From contig JABLTG010000162.1 of NCBI GenBank assembly GCA_016618085.1, positions 1 through 42,971 of the forward strand: a stretch of DNA of 42,971 nt, given 5' to 3'. The DNA comes from Neovahlkampfia damariscottae (Eukaryota). This document shows positions 36,787 through 42,971 of the stretch, piece after piece; the first letter of the stretch is position 1, and the number at the start of each line of letters is the position of its first letter. Made by a program: the position numbers and the translations under genes. The notes beneath the pieces were generated by a model. That model had not been told where the DNA came from. It saw nothing but the letters and a program-made list of their open reading frames with translations, and did not search any database.

Positions 36787-37770
36787 ATGTCTCAACTTGA
36801 AGTACCTTTCAATGTTGTTTCTGAAGAATTTCAAGTTGAGATTGATTCATCAACCATAGAAAAAAACTTGGAAAGTGAAATACATGATACTTTGCACGAC
36901 ATCTCATCCAAAGTGAAAAATTCACAAAAATGTTCAGATTTTGGGAGTCTGGCTTCTATCATTTCTGCTTGTTTGATATACATTTTACTTATTGGTACAA
37001 ACTTAAAAAATTAATTTTTTTCAGCTGTATTTTTTATCCTCTTTTTGGTTTTGTTAAATTTTGCAAATGTCTCAAAAATTCATCTTTATAGAGTATTACA
37101 CAGAGACTCAAAAACTAGGACATTATTCTTAGCAGGTGATACAACATCAAAAATTTCCTTCATGTACTATTTATCCGATCATTTTCATTTTAATATTCAT
37201 TTTGTTTTGGAGCCAACAGTAGAAGAAATAAGAAACGCTTTCACTTCAACACATATTTATGTATCACTGGATAAAATGAAGGATGAAGAAATGCATGAAT
37301 TGTGTTTACAAATGAGAGAGAAACCAGATGCTGTTTTTGTTGGAGGACACTTAAACGCTTGGGAAGTGATTCATCACCTAAAAAAATGCAGAAAAAATCC
37401 TGAATTTGAAGTATTTCATAGCGAAGCTCCTTTTGAAATTTGGTTTTTTTTTGCATCAACTATTTTTGCTGTCACATGTATTGTTTGTTTGTCACCATTA
37501 TTTTTGATTTTAATTTTGAAAAGAATATCACAATTCTACTTGAATAAAGTTGGAAAACAGTTCGAAAATGAAACAATACAGCAATATGGATCAAAAGGGA
37601 TTGAATTTATTTTTAATTCTAAATTTTCTTCTCCTTCAATTGATATTGTATTCAAAAATCAAGTGGTGATGCCAAGAAATTCAAAAGTAGAGTTAGAACT
37701 TGTTGCAAATCATGAAAGAATGAATGGTTCAACTTCTTACGGAACCGTTTATACCCAAATAAATCAATAA
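36787..37770 (+). CDS. Hypothetical membrane protein; 1 intron (~36994-37024)
   Basis: Two ORFs joined by a GT-AG intron, hydrophobic segments and a CCAAT box at 36757. Confidence 0.6.
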
Positions 37771-38023
37771 AAAAAATATTAAGTCATCCTCAAAAATAGA
37801 AAATATGAAATACGAAAATATTCAGTAACCGAAAATTGAAACTTCATATTTTTCAAAGATCAATAAATCTCTTGTTTGGGAAAATTGACCTTCCGTTCCC
37901 AGTAATTTTTCTTCTAATATACGATTAGAATCAAAAAATCTTCAACCGTCCAATCAGACCCACATAAATTCTCAATATTTATTGGTCAAAACACTTTAGT
38001 CAAACAAAAACAACCGATACATA

Positions 38024-39637
38024 ATGAAACAAGTATTCATCCTCGTATGTTTAGTTTTATGCTCATTTGCTCTTGCAAGTGAAGTTGAACAACCAAAAAC
38101 ACCTTTTTGCCAACCTTGTCAAGTTGGAGTTAATCTTGTAAAAGATTATTTAAGTCAACCAGACGAAGAACTCCTCAAATTATTAGTTAAAGGATGTGAA
38201 ATGCTTCCAGATCAAATCCAACAACCATGTAGAATGGCAGTTGTTATGTTAGGAGGAGAAATTCTTAAATTCGCAAGAGAAACTGTTAAAGAACCATCAA
38301 AAATTGTCTGTGGAAGACTTGGACTTTGTAGAGGTGTTTTCCCAATCAGAAAACAAGATTCACCACTTTGTCCTGGATGTATTAATGGAGTTACTCAAGT
38401 TAAAAACTTCCTTTTATTACCTGATGAAGAATTAATGAAATTAGTTAACCAAGTTTGTTCATACCTTCCATCACAATTCCAACAACAATGTGTTGCTGCT
38501 ATCAAAGCTTATGGAGGAGAAGTTCTCAAAGCACTTAGAGCAGTTTTAGACGGAAAAGAACCAAGACAAGTTTGTCAAGCTTTAGGAGTTTGTGGTGCTG
38601 GTGTTGCTTCAATTGACGAAGTTCAAAAATTAAAATCACACCCAATCGCTTTAAAACAAGATGGAAGATTCTGTACACCTTGTTTAATGGCTGTTCAATT
38701 AATCAAAGATTACTTAGATAAACCAGATGATGAATTAATCGAAATGTTAGCTCAAGCATGTGATTTATTACCAGACAATGTTAGAACACCATGTAAAGCT
38801 ATGGTTGCTGTTGTTGGAAAACAATTAATTGACTATGTTAGATCAAACGTCAATGATTCACCAAGACAAATCTGTGCTAGATGGAGTTTATGTTCATCAA
38901 AAGACTCAGCTAAAAAATTTTCACAAGATGGTGTATTCTGTACTCCATGTTTAATGGCTGTTCAATTAATCAAAGACTATATGGGAAAACCAGATAATGA
39001 ATTAATTGAAATGTTAGCTGCTAACTGTGAATTATTACCAGATAACTTAGTTACACCATGTAAAGCTATGGTTGCTGTTGTTGGAAAACAATTGATCGAT
39101 TATGTTAGATCTCATGTAAATGACTCACCAAGAGAAGTTTGTGCTTACTGGAGTTTATGTGGAGCAAACAACCTCGAAAAATTGATCAAAGATTCATTTT
39201 TATGTGCTCCATGTCAATTAGGTGTTCAAATGATCAAAGATTACTTAGATAAACCAGATGATGAATTATTAAAAATCTTAGTTGCTTATTGTGATAAACT
39301 CCCAGAACAACTTCAAACTCCATGTAAAATCGCTTTTGCTACATTAGGACCACAATTAATCGCTTATGTTAGATCACATGTATCTGATACTCCAAGAGAA
39401 ATTTGTGCTAAATTTAGATTATGTAACGCAGGTGCTTTATCATTCAACCCATACATTTTTGCAGGAAAAGTTGCAACAGAAAGATTAAATATTGTTGAAT
39501 GTTTAAAAAAATGTCTTAAAGAATGGAACGTAATGAAAATCATTGCTTTAGTTAGAAAATGCAAAAGAGATGTTAACTGCTATAAACAAGAAGTAGGAGC
39601 TGATTTCCAATGTGTTAAAAACTGTTTAGTCAGATAA
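38024..39637 (+). CDS. Secreted multi-saposin precursor (5 saposin-B domains + C-terminal 6-Cys domain); prosaposin/naegleriapore-like
   Basis: Signal peptide, then five CxxC...C..LP...C...P..IC....LC units. Confidence 0.92.
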   Translation: MKQVFILVCLVLCSFALASEVEQPKTPFCQPCQVGVNLVKDYLSQPDEELLKLLVKGCEMLPDQIQQPCRMAVVMLGGEILKFARETVKEPSKIVCGRLGLCRGVFPIRKQDSPLCPGCINGVTQVKNFLLLPDEELMKLVNQVCSYLPSQFQQQCVAAIKAYGGEVLKALRAVLDGKEPRQVCQALGVCGAGVASIDEVQKLKSHPIALKQDGRFCTPCLMAVQLIKDYLDKPDDELIEMLAQACDLLPDNVRTPCKAMVAVVGKQLIDYVRSNVNDSPRQICARWSLCSSKDSAKKFSQDGVFCTPCLMAVQLIKDYMGKPDNELIEMLAANCELLPDNLVTPCKAMVAVVGKQLIDYVRSHVNDSPREVCAYWSLCGANNLEKLIKDSFLCAPCQLGVQMIKDYLDKPDDELLKILVAYCDKLPEQLQTPCKIAFATLGPQLIAYVRSHVSDTPREICAKFRLCNAGALSFNPYIFAGKVATERLNIVECLKKCLKEWNVMKIIALVRKCKRDVNCYKQEVGADFQCVKNCLVR

Positions 39638-39735
39638 ATTCGTTTTCCTTTTTCTTGAATATTTTTTTTTTCTTCTTTTTTAGTGTTGATATTTCATTGG
39701 TTGTTCATCTTTCAAAAAAAACAGACAAGAGAAAA

Positions 39736-40587
39736 ATGAAAACAACCATTTTTGTTTTACTTATTGCTTTTACTTTTGTTTTATCAAAAGAATTGACAAC
39801 AGAAAAAACTGTGCTTTGTCAACCATGTAAAATGGGTGTTAACTTTATAAAGGAAGAATTAAAAAAACCAAACGAAGAACTTCTTCAAACTCTTGTATCA
39901 GGATGTGAAAAACTTGGTGAAAAATTAGCTCCACAATGTAAAATGGCTGTTGTTCTTTTTGGTGGTGAAATAATTAATTTCGTAAGAAGAGAATTTTCAG
40001 AAACTTCAGAAACTATCTGTTCAAAAATTAATCTTTGCAAAAAAGAATTAAAAAAACAAGACGGCGCTTTATGTGCTCCTTGTCAACTTGGAGTTCAATT
40101 CATCAAAGATTATTTAGAAAAACCTGATGATGAATTAATTCAAATTCTTGCAGGATTTTGTGAAAATTTACCATCTGATTTTGTTGGTCCTTGCAAAGCA
40201 ATGGTTGCAATTATGGGAAAGGAATTAATTGAATTTGTTAGAGAAAACGTTAATGATTCACCAAGAAAAATTTGTGCTCAATTTGGACTTTGTTCATCAC
40301 AAATTCAAATAACAAAAAATTCAGTTTTTTGTTCACCTTGTAAAATGGCAGTTCAAATGATCAAAGATTATATTCACAAACCTGATGATGAATTACAAAA
40401 AATGCTTTATGATGCTTGCACTAAGCTTCCAGATAAAGTTCAACAATATTGTAAAGCTGGTGTTACTTGGGCAGGTTCATATATTATCGCTTATGTAAGA
40501 AAACATGTTCAAGATTCACCAAAAGTAATTTGTGCAAGATTCAAATTATGTGATGCAGAAACAAAAACTTTTAATTTAACTAAATAA
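39736..40587 (+). CDS. Secreted saposin precursor paralogue (3 saposin-B domains)
   Basis: Signal peptide MKTTIFVLLIAFTFVLS, then three six-Cys saposin units similar to the upstream gene. Confidence 0.92.
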   Translation: MKTTIFVLLIAFTFVLSKELTTEKTVLCQPCKMGVNFIKEELKKPNEELLQTLVSGCEKLGEKLAPQCKMAVVLFGGEIINFVRREFSETSETICSKINLCKKELKKQDGALCAPCQLGVQFIKDYLEKPDDELIQILAGFCENLPSDFVGPCKAMVAIMGKELIEFVRENVNDSPRKICAQFGLCSSQIQITKNSVFCSPCKMAVQMIKDYIHKPDDELQKMLYDACTKLPDKVQQYCKAGVTWAGSYIIAYVRKHVQDSPKVICARFKLCDAETKTFNLTK

Positions 40588-40668
40588 ATCATTTATTGGT
40601 ATTTGTTGAAAAAATAAAATCGTATGACTGTTCATTGGCCAATTCAATCTTGTCTGCAAACAACAACA

Positions 40669-41766
40669 ATGAGAGAAGGAAGAAAAAAAAATAGTAACAC
40701 TGAAGATCAAAAAGAATCATTGATATTAAAAGAAAAAACAAAAATTCCATTTTTTTGTAATGAATGCTTTGTTCTTTCTTCTTCAATTTTTTTCTTCGCT
40801 TTATTGGCTGCCGGTTTTTCAATTCTTTTTGGATATTTTTTTTTTATTTCATTTCAAGGATCTTTAAATTTTATAGTTATAGGTGATTTTGGTTATTTTG
40901 GGAAAGGTAACCAAACAAAAACAGCTCAGGCAATAGCTGAATTTTGTACAAAGAACAAATGTGATTTTTTAATTTCAACAGGAGATAATTTTTATCCATC
41001 AGGTGTTTCATCAACTAATGATTCACATTGGATTCAAAGTTTTGAAAATGTATACAACAATGAATCGATAAAACACTTACCATTTTTTTCAATTCTTGGA
41101 AATCGTGATTATAGACAAAATGTTGAAAGTCAAATTGAATACACATATTTGAAAGGAAATTCACGTTGGAAAATGTTAGATCATTATTTTTCATTTCAAA
41201 AATCAGTTCCAAATTTCATCAATCCACTCAAATTGAATTTTTTAACACTTGATACTACACCTTTTTTTTCTCTTTAGTAACTTTTTTTTTTTTATTAAAA
41301 ATTGATTAGTAAAAACCAAAATGATATGAATCAAACTGCTTTGAGTCAACAAAACAATCAAACTCAAACAGCATGGTTTAAAAAACAATTGAATGAAATT
41401 GCCAAAAAAAATGAATGGAATTTTGTTTTGGGACATCATCCAATTTATCAAAATACAAAAGATGGAAAAGATTTCACTGTTGAATTGAGAAATCAAATTA
41501 ATCCAATTTTGGAATCAAAAAAATTTCATGCATATTTTGCAGGTCATCAACATTGTTTGAGAGCGATGAAGGATAATAACACTGTTCATATAATTAGTGG
41601 TGCAGCTGGAAATGATGTATTCAAACCAAATCCACATCCAAAAGAAACATTTTTAGCAGTCGAACCTGGTTTTGTTTTTGTACAAGTCAAATTTAATTTT
41701 ATGACAATTGATTTTTATTCATCTTTTAATAATGAAACATTGAAACATATTGAGATTAATAAATGA
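40669..41766 (+). CDS. Membrane-anchored purple (tartrate-resistant-type) acid phosphatase; 1 intron
   Basis: GDFG, GDNFY, GNRDY, VLGHHP and GHQH motifs after an N-terminal TM helix. Confidence 0.9.
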
Positions 41767-41814
41767 TTTAAAATTGTATTTTTTATTTATTTGAATGAAG
41801 AAAATTTATTCGTA

Positions 41815-42178
41815 TTATTCAAAAACATCTTCTTCTTCTTCTTCTTGAGTATTTGATGGTCCGATTTCTCTTTGATATTCCTTAAATGGAAATGCTTTCA
41901 ATTTCAATTTGGTGCACACAGTTTTCTTTGTCCACCAGTTTTTATAGCATTTTGTTCGACGTGAAATCTTGACTTGATCTAGGTTTGAATTTTGGATTTT
42001 GATGAGAAAAACCTAATTGTCTTGCCCAAGGATGATTCTGATTTTTCAATTCTTCGAACAAAGCTAAACAAGAACAACGATGATAATAAGGACAGCCACT
42101 GATTAGATGTGAAACAATTTTTACATACTTTCTGCAAAAGAATCGTCTGTGGCGGTTTTCTTTTTTCACACAAACTTT
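41815..42178 (-). pseudogene. 3' fragment of a gene cut by the element end; Cys/His SWIM-like cluster
   Basis: Starts at the junction without an ATG: KVCVKKENRHRRFFCR|NGCPYYHRCSCLALFEE, with a 30-nt GT-AG intron at 42099-42128. Confidence 0.45.
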
Positions 42179-42971
42179 GTGTGTGGCGGGAAGTTGTGAA
42201 TAAAATAAATTTTATTTACAAAAAGGCGGAAATTCAAAACCTGACGGTTTCTCTTCCAGCTTCGCCTTGAACAATTTAATAACTCCAATCTAATTGAAAC
42301 CTTTAATTTAGTACTTTAATTTACCATTACCTATTTACCAATTAAATTATAACAAAAAGGAATAAGCTAAATAACTGGTAATTTGGTAAGGTGGTTTTTG
42401 GAATTTTATAAAATTTTGAAAAAATGGTTAATTTTACAGGGAAGGATTAAGTGGTCCGACCAACCTACCAAATGACCGGAAATAAAAAAATGGTAAAATA
42501 AAATTCGTGGTAAAATGGTAAGGTGGTTTTAGGAAAATCTGAAACTTTTAAAAAAATAGTCAATTTTACAGGAAAGGATTTTAAGGGCTGACCAACCTAC
42601 CAGATGACCGGACAATAAAAACTGACAACTGAATATCACCAACAACTACTGGGGGTGACAACTAAATGTCAGCAAAATAATTTTTCGGAAAATTATTGTC
42701 CAACAGAAATGAAGGAAAAATGAAACTCGAGTTTGAAAAAATAACCAATCAGATTAATTTTTCAATAAAATTCCAAATTGGGAATGTTTGTATAGTTTTG
42801 AACATATAAAATTAAAACTACGTTCATAAAGATACTTTATTAATTTTTAACAACATTTTAATGCTCATTTTCTTCATTTTCAATATCTAGAACATCAATG
42901 TCTTCAATATCTTCTTCATCTTTGATGCATCCTTCAAAATCTTTTTCAACGTTTTCATCTAGATGACAATT
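42179..42971. mobile_element. End of a second copy (or opposite end) of the integrating element; continues right of the window
   Basis: Begins GTGTGTGGCGGGAAG. 42179-42656 is the diverged reverse complement of 3661-4135. Confidence 0.85.
42858..42971 (-). CDS. Acidic C-terminal end of an element ORF (partial)
   Basis: NCHLDENVEKDFEGCIKDEEDIEDIDVLDIENEENEH* is open to the window edge and reads toward the terminal repeat. Confidence 0.45.
   Translation of the reverse strand, partial: NCHLDENVEKDFEGCIKDEEDIEDIDVLDIENEENEH

Overview
Very AT-rich, gene-dense eukaryotic DNA in the standard code, with many tiny (~30-45 nt) GT-AG introns. It looks like a protist, possibly a heterolobosean amoeba (inference). 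About 20 host genes fill 6-42 kb: HisRS, DDI1, LRR protein, Ser/Thr kinase, PKD2-type channel, Ras, prohibitin, cytochrome-b5 steroid-binding protein, tandem-UBL protein, GT49, Kelch-BTB, F-box-Ras, CH-RhoGAP, PIP5K, two saposin precursors and a purple acid phosphatase. There are also three dispersed 5S rRNA genes interleaved with transposon relics, and a U2 snRNA. The host block is bracketed by two ends of an integrating DNA element of Polinton-like virus/virophage type. At 1-4135 lie an rve integrase, a D5/SF3 helicase split at a CTT-TGA +1 frame change, and a ~475-bp terminal repeat. At 42179-42971 lies the inverted copy of that repeat. The two inner flanks can be rejoined across an imperfect 6-bp duplication into one in-frame, MULE/SWIM-like pseudogene, suggesting target-specific integration or a cointegrate-like capture of 38 kb of host DNA. 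A CCAAT box sits just upstream of nearly every host gene. All protein-family calls are motif recognition by eye, without database searches.
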